64,000 nucleotides of DNA, from contig CAJXNL010000006.1 of assembly GCA_913057195.1 (NCBI GenBank), positions 70 to 64,069 on the forward strand. The letters are read 5' to 3'. Shown here piece by piece: positions 49,016-59,693 of the stretch. Under the pieces are notes generated by a model. It was given only the letters and a program-made list of their open reading frames with translations. It was not told where the DNA came from and searched no databases. Positions within the stretch are counted from its first letter, which is position 1. Every line of letters starts with the position of its first letter. Both the position numbers and the translations under genes were made by a program. Source of the DNA: an uncultured Wenzhouxiangella sp. GTDB lineage: Bacteria > Pseudomonadota > Gammaproteobacteria > Xanthomonadales > Wenzhouxiangellaceae.

Positions 49016-50232
49016 GTCCGACCCCGCCGTGCATCCGAAAGCGCCAACCGATCGGCGGCGGCCTCATCCTGGAGTTGACGCTTGAGCCGTTGGGCCTGCC
49101 GGGTGAGCTTTGGGCTGGCATCCGCCCGCAGCTCATTCAACCAGTGGAACGCTTGAGCACGGTCCCCATGCTGAGCACTCCACTCAGCCAATGCCCACAT
49201 CAGCGTCGGCGCGCCCGGCCCGACGGCCGCCGTGGGGCTCACCGCGCGCGCGGGCCCCTTCGGCCGACCGAACACCCGATGCGCCAGACCTTGGAGCACC
49301 ATCAGCGCCACCAGCACCAACAGCACCGACCCACCCCACCGGGCAATGGTGCCAAGCGGCAGTCTCTCATCGCTTGGCACCACCCCGAGTCCAAGACCCG
49401 GATCTTCGGCCGCGGCGCGGGTTAATGCCACACCCTCGCCCCCGCGTTGTTGAACCCAGGCCGGTGGCGCCTCGGCGACCCACCACGGATCCAGCCACGC
49501 CTCCACGCCCAAAGGTGGCGATGCCCGATCGGGCGCGCCGTTTGCGGGCGCGGCGGCTTTGATCAGCGGCATGACCTTTGGTGGCCGACGGTTTTGGAAC
49601 GCTTGGTTGGGGACCACCAGCAGGGCGCCTTGACGAAGCGTGGCGGGGTCTGCGTCCACAAACGCGTGTGGATTGGCCTCAACCCACCGAACCAGCCGCG
49701 CCTCCACAGGGGTCTGGCCCTCATCATCGCCCAGCGGCCAGCGATTGACCAGCGACCACAGCGTGGTCCCCCGATCCACCGGGCCGATCACCTCAAGCGC
49801 AGGATCCACCCGCGCGGCGATATCCACCGACTGATTGCCAATGGTGCCCCGCAGCACCCAAAGTTCAGGGCCCTCCGCCGCCACGGGGCCAGGCCACTGT
49901 GCGGTGATGACCATGTGTTGGTCAGCCCATCGCCAGTCCAACGACGGCAGCGGGCGCGCACCAACAGGCCCACGGACCCAAACCAGTGCGTCTAGGCCTT
50001 TGTCGGGTTCCGTGCCTTCGGTTGGGTCCGCACCGGGCAGCAATGCCGCAGCTCCGAGATCGGCCGGGGTTAAAGTCATCGTCACTTTCGCCAGACCGAC
50101 CGTGTCGGTCCCACCCGACTCGATCAGCGTCGGGACCGCGCCGAAGGCCGACCCGGTCAGCCACACCCACAGCAGGCCCCATCGCCAAAGGGCAAACTCA
50201 GTGCGTGGCACCAGCCGCGGGGCGACGCGCAT
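49012..50232 (-). CDS. short FimV/HubP-like protein (LysM-like periplasmic domain, one TM, FimV C-terminal motif)
   Basis: Conserved asd-fimV-truA position. It has a signal/TM at the N-terminus and a LysM-like segment, GTTLWSLVNRW...VEANPHAFVDADPATLRQGALLVVP. A TM segment (GGSVLLVLVALMVLQGL) and a C-terminal TPR-like LAEWSAQHGDRAQAFHWLNEL follow. Possible starts are ATG 50262, ATG 50232 and GTG 50211, and all of them overlap the asd 3' end. Confidence 0.65.
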   Translation of the reverse strand: MRVAPRLVPRTEFALWRWGLLWVWLTGSAFGAVPTLIESGGTDTVGLAKVTMTLTPADLGAAALLPGADPTEGTEPDKGLDALVWVRGPVGARPLPSLDWRWADQHMVITAQWPGPVAAEGPELWVLRGTIGNQSVDIAARVDPALEVIGPVDRGTTLWSLVNRWPLGDDEGQTPVEARLVRWVEANPHAFVDADPATLRQGALLVVPNQAFQNRRPPKVMPLIKAAAPANGAPDRASPPLGVEAWLDPWWVAEAPPAWVQQRGGEGVALTRAAAEDPGLGLGVVPSDERLPLGTIARWGGSVLLVLVALMVLQGLAHRVFGRPKGPARAVSPTAAVGPGAPTLMWALAEWSAQHGDRAQAFHWLNELRADASPKLTRQAQRLKRQLQDEAAADRLALSDARRGRT

Positions 50233-51235
50233 CCCACAAAGCCTCGATGATTTGCACGGCATTCAGCGCCGCGCCTTTTCTTAAGTTGTCAGCGACCACC
50301 CACAGCATCAAACCATGGGCATCGTCCGCTGCCCGCCGAACCCGTGAAATCCACACCGCATCATGGTCGGTGGCATGAGTGAGCGGTGTGGCAGGCTCAG
50401 CATCGGGGGCCACTTCCACGCCAGATGCATCGGCCCACGCCGCGTGAGCTTGGTCGAGATCAATTGGACGCTGGGTGCGCACATAAATGGATTCAGCATG
50501 GCCATTGAACACCGGCACCCGCACCGCAGTGGCATGCACGGGCAAGTTGGGCGCCGCCAAAAGCCGCCTTGTTTCCCGAACCATTTTCATTTCTTCTGTT
50601 GACGACCCATTGGCCTCGATCTCACCGATCAGTGGGATCAGGTTAAAGCCAATCGGCTGGGGGAAGATGGTCGGCGTTGGCTGTCGAAAATTGAACCGAT
50701 CGACCGCCTGGCGGCCCAACTCTTCCATCGCGGCTTTGCCCGCGCCTGAAACCGCTTGATACGTCGACACCACCACCTGCTCAATCCCAAACAACCGGTG
50801 GATCGGCGCCAGTGCCAGCACCATCTGGATGGTCGAGCAGTTGGGGTTGGCCACAATCTGGGAGCGACGATCGGCCAGCGCGTCGGGATTGACCTCAGGC
50901 ACCACCAGGGGCACCGCTGGATCCTCTCTAAATTGAGCGCTGTTATCAACGACCCACGCGCCGGCTTGTTCTGCACGCGGCACGTGTTCCGCCGACACCT
51001 CAGCGCCGGCACAAAAAAGCGCAAAATCGATGTCGGCAAAATCGAATCCCGACAAAGCCTCCACCACCACTGACCGGCGCCCAAACGACACCTCGCGGCC
51101 GACCGAGTCTTCACTGGCCAGTGCGTGAACTCTCACCGCCCGACCCCAACGTCTTGCCATCAGCTCCAGTGCCACCTCGCCCACTGCGCCGGTGGCCCCC
51201 ACCAAGGCAACACACAACGGCTGGGATGGCTTCAC
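50198..51235 (-). CDS. asd: aspartate-semialdehyde dehydrogenase
   Basis: Contains [11 protein letters not shown] and the active-site NPNCSTIQM. Confidence 0.93.
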   Translation of the reverse strand: MKPSQPLCVALVGATGAVGEVALELMARRWGRAVRVHALASEDSVGREVSFGRRSVVVEALSGFDFADIDFALFCAGAEVSAEHVPRAEQAGAWVVDNSAQFREDPAVPLVVPEVNPDALADRRSQIVANPNCSTIQMVLALAPIHRLFGIEQVVVSTYQAVSGAGKAAMEELGRQAVDRFNFRQPTPTIFPQPIGFNLIPLIGEIEANGSSTEEMKMVRETRRLLAAPNLPVHATAVRVPVFNGHAESIYVRTQRPIDLDQAHAAWADASGVEVAPDAEPATPLTHATDHDAVWISRVRRAADDAHGLMLWVVADNLRKGAALNAVQIIEALWDARRPAAGATH

Positions 51236-52326
51236 GTCGGGATCCGTGGGGTTTGCTCAGGCACGTCTAAGCACTGCGCTCGGTGGAGCAGCAGATGATC
51301 CATCAGGACCCAAGCCATCATCGACTCGACAATCGGCACGGCTCGAATGCCCACACACGGATCGTGTCGCCCTGTGGTGACCACCTCGACCGGTGCGCCC
51401 GTCACATCCACGGTTTGTCCCGGCAGCCGCAGCGATGAGGTGGGCTTGAACGCCACCGCCACCTCAATGGGTTGGCCCGTTGAAATGCCACCGACAATGC
51501 CGCCAGCCGCATTTGATAAAAAACCTTCAGGGGTCATCTCGTCGCGATGCTCGGTGCCGGTTTGTGAGACCGCCTCAAACCCCGCGCCCACCTCGACGCC
51601 TTTGGTGGCATTGATGCTCATCATCGCACTGCACAGATCGGTGTCGAGTTTGGCATAGACCGGCGCCCCCCAGCCCACCGGCACACCGCGGGCGCGGACT
51701 TTGACTTTGGCCCCGACCGAATCGCCTGACTTCCAAACCGCTTTCATGTAGGCCTCTAGCGCTTCGACGCGGTCAGGGTCGGGACAGAAAAATGGATTGG
51801 TTTGGATGGTCGCCTCATCAAAGTGCTCATCGCAAACCTCAGTGCCGATTTGCGACATCCAGCCGACAATGTCGATGTTGTGATGGTGCTTGAGGTATTT
51901 CGCCGCCAAGGCGCCGGCGGCCACGCGCATGGTGGTCTCGCGCGCTGACGACCGCCCGCCCCCGCGGTAATCGCGGATGCCGTACTTGTGGTGGTAAGTG
52001 TAGTCGGCATGGCCTGGCCGAAACTGGTCTTTGATCTTGGAATAGTCTTTTGAGCGGGCGTCGGTGTTTTCGATGATCATCGCGATCGGTGCGCCCGTGG
52101 TGACGCCCTCAAACACCCCTGAGACGATCTGAACGTCATCTTGCTCTTTGCGCTGTGACGTCCAACGGCTTTGTCCCGTGGCACGACGCACCAACGCCGC
52201 TTTAATTTCATCGGCACTGATCGCCATCCCCGGCGGAAAGCCATCAATCACACAGCCAATGGCCGGGCCATGACTTTCGCCAAAGGTGGTGAGTGTTAAA
52301 ACCCGACCGAAACTGTTGGTGGTCAT
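51232..52326 (-). CDS. aroC: chorismate synthase
   Basis: Contains [25 protein letters not shown] and RHDPCV. Confidence 0.97.
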   Translation of the reverse strand: MTTNSFGRVLTLTTFGESHGPAIGCVIDGFPPGMAISADEIKAALVRRATGQSRWTSQRKEQDDVQIVSGVFEGVTTGAPIAMIIENTDARSKDYSKIKDQFRPGHADYTYHHKYGIRDYRGGGRSSARETTMRVAAGALAAKYLKHHHNIDIVGWMSQIGTEVCDEHFDEATIQTNPFFCPDPDRVEALEAYMKAVWKSGDSVGAKVKVRARGVPVGWGAPVYAKLDTDLCSAMMSINATKGVEVGAGFEAVSQTGTEHRDEMTPEGFLSNAAGGIVGGISTGQPIEVAVAFKPTSSLRLPGQTVDVTGAPVEVVTTGRHDPCVGIRAVPIVESMMAWVLMDHLLLHRAQCLDVPEQTPRIPT

Positions 52327-52358
52327 CTATGGATCCTTTACGGGCGAACTCTGAACCA

Positions 52359-53981
52359 TTATAAGTTGGTGTAGTTGGGGCCTGAGCCCCCCTCCGGCGT
52401 GACCCAATTGATCACCTGGTAAGGATCAGCGATGTCACACGTCTTGCAGTGGACGCAGTTGGCTGCGTTGATTTGGAGCCTGGGACCGTCGTCGTCTTCG
52501 ACGATCTCATAGACCCCGGCCGGACAAAACTGGGTACACGGGTGACCATACTCTTCAGCGCAGCGATCAAAACAGATGTCTGGATCAATAATCTTAAGGT
52601 GAATCGGCTGATCCTCATCGTGCTCAGTCGCTGCAAAATAAACCGAGGCCAAACGATCACGCGGCGCCAAATCGCGCGAGACCCAGTCATAGTCGAACCC
52701 GGCTTGATCAAGGGTTCGGTACTGCTGATGATCGGCGTGATTGGACAGGGTTCTTGGCAACCGACCGAAAGTCAGTGTCTCAATCGCTGCCGTGGCCAAA
52801 CCTGACCACAGGCCTTTGACAAACCCAGGGCGGATGTTTCGAACCTTTTTAAGTTCAGCGACCACCGGACTGGCGCGAAGGCGTTGATCAAAGCCCTCGC
52901 TGCTGAGCGTGGCATGGGCTGATTCAGCCAGGTGCTCGGCGGCCAACAGGCCCGACCGCATTGCCTGGTGCACCCCCTTAATTTTGGGTACGTTGACCAG
53001 CCCCGCCGAGTCGCCAATCAGCAACGCGCCGGGCATCTCCACGCGGGGCAGCGATTGGTAACCGCCTTCAACCAGGGCACGGGCACCCGAGGACAAAATC
53101 TCACCTCCTTCGAGCAGCGCGTGCATTGAGGGGTGATGCTTGAACTGTTGGAACGCTTCAAACGGGCTGAATGCGGGATCTTGATAATCCAAACCGCACA
53201 CAAACCCGACCGCCACGCGGTCTTTGTCCAAGTGATACACAAAACTGCCCCCATAAATCGGGTTGGGCAACGGCCACCCGATGGAGTGGCTGATGTGGCC
53301 AGGCTTCACCCGCCCCTCGGGCACACGCCAAAGCTCTTTCATTCCGATGCCATAGGTTTGCGGATCGGCGTCTTTGTCCAACCCAAAGTGGCGTATCGCT
53401 TGCTTGGTGAGATGCCCTCGACAACCTTCACTCAGCACCGTCACTTTGGCACGAATCTCAATGCCCGCCACATGCGCAGGCTTGGGCTGACCGTCTCGAT
53501 CAACGCCCATATCCCCCGTCACCACACCGGCCACTTGACCCTCATTGTCAAACAACAGCTCAGCCGCGGCAAAGCCAGGAAAGACATCCACGCCCAGCTG
53601 TTCTGCCTTGGGTGCAAGCCATGCGCACATGGCCCCCAAAGAAACAATGACATTGCCATGGTTTTTTTGTTGAGGCGGCGTGGGCAAGCGATGGGCTTTG
53701 TCCTTTGTCAACATCAAAAACTCATCGCTGGTGGCAGGCACACAAATCGGCGGCGGATCGTCGCGCCAGTTGGGGACAAGCGCATCCAATGGCTCGGTCT
53801 CAATCACCGCCCCCGACAAGATCTGAGCGCCCACCTCTGAGGCCTTTTCAATGACGGCCACCTCCAGGTCAGGGTGGAGCTGTTTGGTCCGCATCGCGCA
53901 GGTCAATCCCGCCGGACCCGCGCCCACCACAATGACGTCGTAGTGCATCTGATCTCGTTCAACCGCCTCGGTCATGGTCAT
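52359..53981 (-). CDS. electron-transfer flavoprotein-ubiquinone oxidoreductase
   Basis: FAD motif VVGAGPAGL and a C-terminal 4Fe-4S region (...CPAGVYE...NCVHCKTCDI). Confidence 0.93.
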   Translation of the reverse strand: MTMTEAVERDQMHYDVIVVGAGPAGLTCAMRTKQLHPDLEVAVIEKASEVGAQILSGAVIETEPLDALVPNWRDDPPPICVPATSDEFLMLTKDKAHRLPTPPQQKNHGNVIVSLGAMCAWLAPKAEQLGVDVFPGFAAAELLFDNEGQVAGVVTGDMGVDRDGQPKPAHVAGIEIRAKVTVLSEGCRGHLTKQAIRHFGLDKDADPQTYGIGMKELWRVPEGRVKPGHISHSIGWPLPNPIYGGSFVYHLDKDRVAVGFVCGLDYQDPAFSPFEAFQQFKHHPSMHALLEGGEILSSGARALVEGGYQSLPRVEMPGALLIGDSAGLVNVPKIKGVHQAMRSGLLAAEHLAESAHATLSSEGFDQRLRASPVVAELKKVRNIRPGFVKGLWSGLATAAIETLTFGRLPRTLSNHADHQQYRTLDQAGFDYDWVSRDLAPRDRLASVYFAATEHDEDQPIHLKIIDPDICFDRCAEEYGHPCTQFCPAGVYEIVEDDDGPRLQINAANCVHCKTCDIADPYQVINWVTPEGGSGPNYTNL

Positions 53982-54053
53982 GCCTTTTCATCTATCGTGT
54001 GTTTGATTTCAACCCGTGCAGGCGAGCCTGACAGGCTGCAGATCGCGACACGC

Positions 54054-54707
54054 TCACTGAGCGTGCTCGGCCTGCGCAAGCAGCGCTTCAACGTGCGGCC
54101 AAATCGCTTCCAGCATCAAAGGCTGCGCTTGGGCCGTGGGGTGAATCCCATCATCCATCAACATGCCCGTCTGGTCAAAAATGTCGGCCAAGAAAAAAGG
54201 CAGCAAGCGCACCCCATACTCGGCGGCCAGCCGAGGATACACCGCCTCAAACCGCTCGATGTAGGCCGGCCCCAGATTCGGCGGCAGCCGAATCTGCATC
54301 AATCCCACGCGCGCATCCGCGGCCAGGGATGCTTCAATCATGGCCCTCAGGTGACGTTCGAGCTGATCGGGGTGAAGGGCTCGAAGCCCATCATTGCCGC
54401 CGAGCAAAATCATCACCACATCCGGTTGATGGTCCTTCAGTAAACTGGGCAAGCGTTGTGCACCGCCGGCGCTGGTCTCTCCTGAGATGCTCGCGTTGAC
54501 AATGTCGGCCTCGCTCTGTAGGCGCTCAGCCATCTGCGCCACCCAGCCGCTGGCCTTGGGCAGACGGTAGGCATCGGATAAGCTGTCGCCGATGACCAAG
54601 ACCGTGGTCGCGTGCGCGGGCCATGCCCAAGAAGCGAACAGGGCGAACATGGCAAACAGGCCGATCCAAAACCAACGGCAACGCTGATATAACAAGGACT
54701 CAGTCAT
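54054..54707 (-). CDS. tesA: SGNH arylesterase / acyl-CoA thioesterase I (TesA-like)
   Basis: Signal peptide followed by VLVIGDSLSDAY (GDSL block), GGNDGLR and DGIHP. Start at the ATG at 54707 (verified). Divergent from ybbA as in E. coli. Confidence 0.88.
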   Translation of the reverse strand: MTESLLYQRCRWFWIGLFAMFALFASWAWPAHATTVLVIGDSLSDAYRLPKASGWVAQMAERLQSEADIVNASISGETSAGGAQRLPSLLKDHQPDVVMILLGGNDGLRALHPDQLERHLRAMIEASLAADARVGLMQIRLPPNLGPAYIERFEAVYPRLAAEYGVRLLPFFLADIFDQTGMLMDDGIHPTAQAQPLMLEAIWPHVEALLAQAEHAQ

Positions 54708-55436
54708 TTGGACAACACAAACCACCTTAAAGCACCCAAGCCAAACCCGCTCTCAGCCTCCGCATCCTCCGACCCCATTTTGTCGTGCCAACACGTCGGG
54801 TTTCGGGTGGACGCGCCCGGCGGCGAGCTGGTGATTCTAGACGATATCAGTTTTGATCTGGGATCAGGTGAAACCTTGGCGATTGTCGGCGCGTCAGGGT
54901 CGGGCAAGACCACGCTGCTGGGCCTTTTGGCCGGATTGGATCGGCCCACCGAAGGCGATGTGGTCTTGGCCGGGCAAGGGCTATCGGGCATGAGTGAAAA
55001 CGAGCGTGCGGATCTTCGCCAAAGCCATGTGGGCTTTGTTTTTCAATCGTTTCACTTGCTGCCGACCTTGACCGCGCTTGACAACGTGATGCTCGCTTTA
55101 GAAATTGCCCAGCACCCCCAGCCCAGGCAACGGGCCAAAGAAGCGCTGGAGCAGGTCGGTCTGTCTCAACGACTCGCCCATTACCCTCGACAGCTGTCCG
55201 GTGGCGAGCAACAGCGGGTTGCCATTGCTCGCGCATTTGCCAACGGCCCAAAGATCTTGTTTGCCGATGAACCCACGGGCAACTTGGACCGAACCACCGG
55301 CACCGCCGTGGCGGATTTATTGTTTGACCTCAACACCCAATCGGGCACGGCTTTGGTTTTGGTGACGCACGATCCCGCGCTGGCAGAACGCTGTCAGATC
55401 ACCTACACCATGGATGGCGGACGCTTGACCCGATGA
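54708..55436 (+). CDS. ybbA: ABC transporter ATP-binding protein (YbbA/LolD-like)
   Basis: Walker A GASGSGKTTLL, signature LSGGEQQRVAIARA and Walker B LFADEPT. The track start (TTG at 54708) abuts the tesA start. An in-frame TTG at 54780 (...ILSCQHVGF) gives a more typical N-terminus. Confidence 0.9.
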   Translation: MDNTNHLKAPKPNPLSASASSDPILSCQHVGFRVDAPGGELVILDDISFDLGSGETLAIVGASGSGKTTLLGLLAGLDRPTEGDVVLAGQGLSGMSENERADLRQSHVGFVFQSFHLLPTLTALDNVMLALEIAQHPQPRQRAKEALEQVGLSQRLAHYPRQLSGGEQQRVAIARAFANGPKILFADEPTGNLDRTTGTAVADLLFDLNTQSGTALVLVTHDPALAERCQITYTMDGGRLTR

Positions 55437-57904
55437 GCACCGTTCGACTGGCATGGCGCCTCTTGATACGCCAGGGGCGATCGGGCGCTTTGTTGCTGCT
55501 GGTGGCGGGATTGACCATCGCCACGGCAGCGTTGACGGCGGTGGGCCTGTTCACCGATCGCATTGCCCGCCAGCTCGACCGGCAAGCGGCAGAAACGCTG
55601 GCCGCGGACATGGTGATTGCATCGCGCCAAGAGATCGATGCCCGCTTTGTCGACAAGGCCCGAACCGATGGCTTAACGGTGGCTCAGATGGTGGTGATCT
55701 CCAGCGCGGTGTTCATCAATGACCAAAGCCAGCTGATTGACATCAAAGGCGTCAGTCCTGCCTATCCATTGCGTGGGCAAGTCGGCCTCAAAGCCAGCTT
55801 GGACGGGGCTGAAGTGCGGGTGAGACACGGACCGCCCCGGGGGCAGGCGTGGCTGGCGCCCCGAGGCTTTCGACAGCTGGCGCTTGATGTGGGCCAAACC
55901 ATCGATCTGGGTCGGGCGTCTGTGAGGCTGAGCCACGCGTTGAGTTACGAGCCTGATGGTGGCGGGTCACAGTTTATGGTTGCCCCGGGCTTGACCATGC
56001 ACATCGACGATCTCAAAGCCAGCGGGCTGTTGGGGCCTGGGGCGCGCACCCGCCACCGTCTGCTCGTGGCCGGGCCGTCGTCTGCGGTCACCGGGTTTGC
56101 CAACTGGGCCAGCGAGCAGCTCAGCGATGATCAGCGCCTCATCACCCCTGATGAGGGCCAGGCGCAGACGGCTGAGGCACTGACTCAGGCGAAACGCTTT
56201 TTGGGCGTTGCGGCATTAACGTCGGTGATCTTGGCGGCGGTGGCCATCTTGCTGTCTGCACTTCGCTTTGCCGGCGCCCAGCGGGATCTGGTCGCCCTTC
56301 TTAAAACCTTTGGCGCACGATCGGCCACCATTTTGGGGGCCCTGAGCTGGATGGTGGTTGGGCTGATCGCAGGTGCCGTTGTTGTGGGCGGATTGATGGG
56401 GTTTGCAATACAGAATGTCATTGGCGACATTCTCGCCTCAGCGGGCACCGGCACCCTCCCCGCGCCCCGTTGGACGCCCTGGGGGGTGGCCGCGGGCTTG
56501 ACCACGTTGCTGGCAATGGGGTTTGCGCTCCCGCCCCTGTGGGGCTTGGGCCGCGTCACTCCGATTCGGATCTTAAACCGATCACTCGATACCCAAGGGC
56601 CCTTGGGGCTGGGGCTTTGGCTGGTGCTGGTGGGCGCTGGCTTGGCGATCCCCGCGCTGCAGCTGGGCGATGTCTTGTTGTCTTTCATCGTCCTCGGTGG
56701 GGCAGCGGTCTTGGCGTTGACCCTGGCGGCAGCCGCTTGGGCAGCCATGCATCTGACCCATGCACTCTCTCGGCGCGCCACGGCGGAATGGCGGTTTGGG
56801 TTGGCGGGGTTACACCGCCGTCGCCGCTCAGGCATCGTCCAAATCACCGCATTGGGTTTGGGATTGATGGCGTTGTTGTTATTAATGGTGGTGCGAAGCG
56901 AATTGATCACCCAGTGGCAAGCCACCCTGCCCGATGATGCGCCCAACCATTTTGTGGTTAATGTCCAACCCAATCAGAAACAAGCGGTGTTTGATCAGCT
57001 TCAAAACGCCGGTGCCAAAAATCTCCAGATGGGACCGATGGCCTCTGTTCGACTGATTGAGATCAACGGTCAGCCGCCCCCCCAAGACCGCTTCACCGGT
57101 CAGGTGAATGTCTCTTGGGTCGCTGAGGAGCGCATGGATCAGCTGCCCCCCGCCAATGCGCTGGCCGCCGGTGCATTTTTTTCTCAAGGCGCGCGTGGCG
57201 AGGTGTCGCTCGCCAATCGCTGGGCAGACCGCGTGGGCGTTGGACTGGGCGACGAGCTGGTGTTCGAATCGGGAGCTCAACAATTCAAAGCCACCGTCAC
57301 CAGCCTGCGTGAGGTGGCGTGGAATTCTTTTAACATCAATTTCTTTATTTTGCTGACCCCCGAGGCCGGCGATGATCTGCCCCACCAAAACATCGCGTCG
57401 TTTTATTGGCCGCAAGACAGCCAAGACAGCCTCAAACCAGTCAATGACCAATACCCCAATGTCTCCATCTTGAACATCGGCGGATTGATCGAGCGGGTGT
57501 TGATGATTATCGAGCGTGTCAGCCAAGCCGCAGAAGTGGTCTTTGCGCTGACCTTGCTGGCCGGCGTGGTGGTTTTGCTGGCCGCTTTAGAGGCCACACG
57601 CGACGAACGGCGGCATGAATCCGCCCTCATTCGCGCACTGGGCGCCAACACCCCCTTGGTCAAACGCGGGCTGATGATCGAATACGGCTTAATGGCCCTG
57701 ATCGCCGGCGCGTTGGCCACGGTCGGTGCGGCCGTCACCGGCCGAGTGTTGGCCGCAGAGCTGTTTGGGTTCAGCTACAGCCCCTCGCCGATCTTGTTCG
57801 CCGGAGGCTTTTTGGCGGCGTTCACGCTCGTCATTGGCGCCGGATGGCTGGGCAATCGCTCGGTCTTGATCACCCCGCCGGTTCGGATCCTTCGGGCGGG
57901 ATAG
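55433..57904 (+). CDS. ybbP: ABC transporter permease with two FtsX-like domains (YbbP-like)
   Basis: 823 aa with two 4-TM FtsX-type modules separated by a large soluble region. ATGA overlap with ybbA. Confidence 0.88.
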   Translation: MSTVRLAWRLLIRQGRSGALLLLVAGLTIATAALTAVGLFTDRIARQLDRQAAETLAADMVIASRQEIDARFVDKARTDGLTVAQMVVISSAVFINDQSQLIDIKGVSPAYPLRGQVGLKASLDGAEVRVRHGPPRGQAWLAPRGFRQLALDVGQTIDLGRASVRLSHALSYEPDGGGSQFMVAPGLTMHIDDLKASGLLGPGARTRHRLLVAGPSSAVTGFANWASEQLSDDQRLITPDEGQAQTAEALTQAKRFLGVAALTSVILAAVAILLSALRFAGAQRDLVALLKTFGARSATILGALSWMVVGLIAGAVVVGGLMGFAIQNVIGDILASAGTGTLPAPRWTPWGVAAGLTTLLAMGFALPPLWGLGRVTPIRILNRSLDTQGPLGLGLWLVLVGAGLAIPALQLGDVLLSFIVLGGAAVLALTLAAAAWAAMHLTHALSRRATAEWRFGLAGLHRRRRSGIVQITALGLGLMALLLLMVVRSELITQWQATLPDDAPNHFVVNVQPNQKQAVFDQLQNAGAKNLQMGPMASVRLIEINGQPPPQDRFTGQVNVSWVAEERMDQLPPANALAAGAFFSQGARGEVSLANRWADRVGVGLGDELVFESGAQQFKATVTSLREVAWNSFNINFFILLTPEAGDDLPHQNIASFYWPQDSQDSLKPVNDQYPNVSILNIGGLIERVLMIIERVSQAAEVVFALTLLAGVVVLLAALEATRDERRHESALIRALGANTPLVKRGLMIEYGLMALIAGALATVGAAVTGRVLAAELFGFSYSPSPILFAGGFLAAFTLVIGAGWLGNRSVLITPPVRILRAG

Positions 57905-57924
57905 ACGCGGCGCCGGCGGAGCGG

Positions 57925-59070
57925 TCAACGACCGAGGCTTTGATCCGACACCATCGCCCACAGTGCATCGACCATGACACGCCCAAACTGCTGACTGCGA
58001 GCCCCATCCCAACCCGTGAGCGGCACGGGCGCATTGGCGGCGTCTTTAAACGGCATCTCCAAAGTCACCGCCAAGCAGTCAAAGGTCTCGGCCACATAAT
58101 CGGTGCACTTTTTGAGATCGCTGCTGTGTGGCGGGTCAATTTCATAGCCGTGCTTGGTTTGAAAGTCCGGCGACAGCGCCACAAGGATTTGTTTAAACCG
58201 ATCAAACTGATCTTGCTTTTTGGCATTCCAACCTGGCGTTCCTTCGGCACCGGCAAAAAAGTTATAAGGCAACGCCTCATCGCCGTGGACATCCAAGGCC
58301 ACATCAACGCCCGTGGCGTGCATTTTCTCGCGCACATAGAACACCTCAGGCGAGCGCTCGGGACAAGGCTCCGCCCACTCACGATTGAGATTGGCGCCGT
58401 TGGCATTGCACCGCAAGTGGCCTCGGATGGCCCCGTCAATGCACATGTTTGGGACCACATAAAATACGCACCTGGCCAGCAGTGCTCGGGACACCGCATC
58501 GGTCTGGTCCAACAGCCGATCGACAAACCCCTCAATCCACCACTCGGCCATCGGCTCACCGGGGTGTTGCCGCGCGGTCACCCAAACCCTCACCGGGTTC
58601 GGCTGGACGGCCTCAGTGATGGTCATCAGGGTGTGGGCATGCCCATCGGGCGTTGGGCACAGACTCTCCAAGGCCACCGACGGATGGGCCTGCGCGTCCG
58701 CCAGAAGCTGCAGGTGACGCGCGTTTGAATACGGCTCAAAGAACGCATAGTAGATCACATCGGCATCGGGCTGGTGCTCAATCCGAAGCGCCTGACCATC
58801 GAAATGGGTGGGCACCCGAAACCAATGGATTTGATCGGTGGAGGCCACCGCCTCATACCCTTCAAAAGCCGCAGCAAAAGACGTTTGACCGGCATTCTCA
58901 ATCACCAAGTTGAGATCGATCCCTCGCCCACCACAGACTTGAAAATAAAACCACTGAAAATGACGCTCGCCCGCATCGGGACGAATGGCGAGGCGAACAT
59001 GGGTCGGATCGGTGGCATCGCGGACCTCGATGTTGCCAGCGTCGAATGCGCTGTGAATACTCAAACTCAT
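57925..59070 (-). CDS. M14 zinc carboxypeptidase, cytosolic-carboxypeptidase (CCP/M14D)-like with N-terminal beta-sandwich domain
   Basis: No signal peptide. The N-domain starts SAFDAGNIEV. Zinc and substrate motifs are RQHPGEPMAEWW (HxxE), ANLNREW and LDVHGDE. Start at the ATG at 59070 (verified) or 59088. Confidence 0.8.
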   Translation of the reverse strand: MSLSIHSAFDAGNIEVRDATDPTHVRLAIRPDAGERHFQWFYFQVCGGRGIDLNLVIENAGQTSFAAAFEGYEAVASTDQIHWFRVPTHFDGQALRIEHQPDADVIYYAFFEPYSNARHLQLLADAQAHPSVALESLCPTPDGHAHTLMTITEAVQPNPVRVWVTARQHPGEPMAEWWIEGFVDRLLDQTDAVSRALLARCVFYVVPNMCIDGAIRGHLRCNANGANLNREWAEPCPERSPEVFYVREKMHATGVDVALDVHGDEALPYNFFAGAEGTPGWNAKKQDQFDRFKQILVALSPDFQTKHGYEIDPPHSSDLKKCTDYVAETFDCLAVTLEMPFKDAANAPVPLTGWDGARSQQFGRVMVDALWAMVSDQSLGR

Positions 59071-59094
59071 TGTCTCATCCTTGCCCATTAAGGC

Positions 59095-59568
59095 TCATTT
59101 GATGTCATCAACGGTGCGCTCGGCGCCATCGCTCGCGTTCAAACGATCACTCTGCGCCCGCAGGCGATCAAGCAAGGCGTTGAACTGCTCACGCTCATCG
59201 TCGCTGAGGACCGACAGCAATTTTTGTTCATACGCCATCGCCGCCGGCGCGATCGCCTCATACACGCGACGCCCCTCGTCGGTCAACCACAGGCTTTTCG
59301 CGCGGCCATCGGGAAGGTCCGCGCGCCGGGTGAGCCGGTCGGCGCCAATCAAGCGCTTCACGGCGCGGCTGATGGCCACCTTGTCCATGGCTGAGCGCTC
59401 GGCCACCTCGGTCGCGCTGAGCCCGCCCTGCAAACCCAAAATGGCCAACACGCGCCATTCGGTCACCGACAAATCAAACGGCTCAGCGTAGGTCATGGCG
59501 ATGCCTTGACTGACCTGATTGGACACCACCGATAATCGATAAGGCAAGAATTCATCCAGTTTAAGCAT
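59095..59568 (-). CDS. MarR family transcriptional regulator
   Basis: 157 aa from the ATG at 59568 (verified). Winged-HTH region: LSVTEWRVLAILGLQGGLSATEVAERSAMDKVAISRAVKRL...DGRAK. The track ORF extends to 59709. Confidence 0.88.
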   Translation of the reverse strand: MLKLDEFLPYRLSVVSNQVSQGIAMTYAEPFDLSVTEWRVLAILGLQGGLSATEVAERSAMDKVAISRAVKRLIGADRLTRRADLPDGRAKSLWLTDEGRRVYEAIAPAAMAYEQKLLSVLSDDEREQFNALLDRLRAQSDRLNASDGAERTVDDIK

Positions 59569-59676
59569 CACTTTCAACCACCCCGAAAAGTCGCACCGTG
59601 CCGCTGCCGCCATTATCGCGCATTTTGGACGGAACTCGCACCCTTCAGGCCCGCACCGAGGGGTGAACTTCTTGCC

Positions 59677-59693
59677 CCACAGCGAGTCTGTGG
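59677..59693. promoter_or_regulatory. inverted repeat CCACAG-N5-CTGTGG in the marR / DUF4398 divergent spacer (candidate operator)
   Basis: Perfect 6-bp arms at 59677-59682 and 59688-59693, flanked by partly complementary CC/GG (75-76/95-96, across an A94 bulge). It lies about 110 nt upstream of the marR ATG. Confidence 0.25.
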
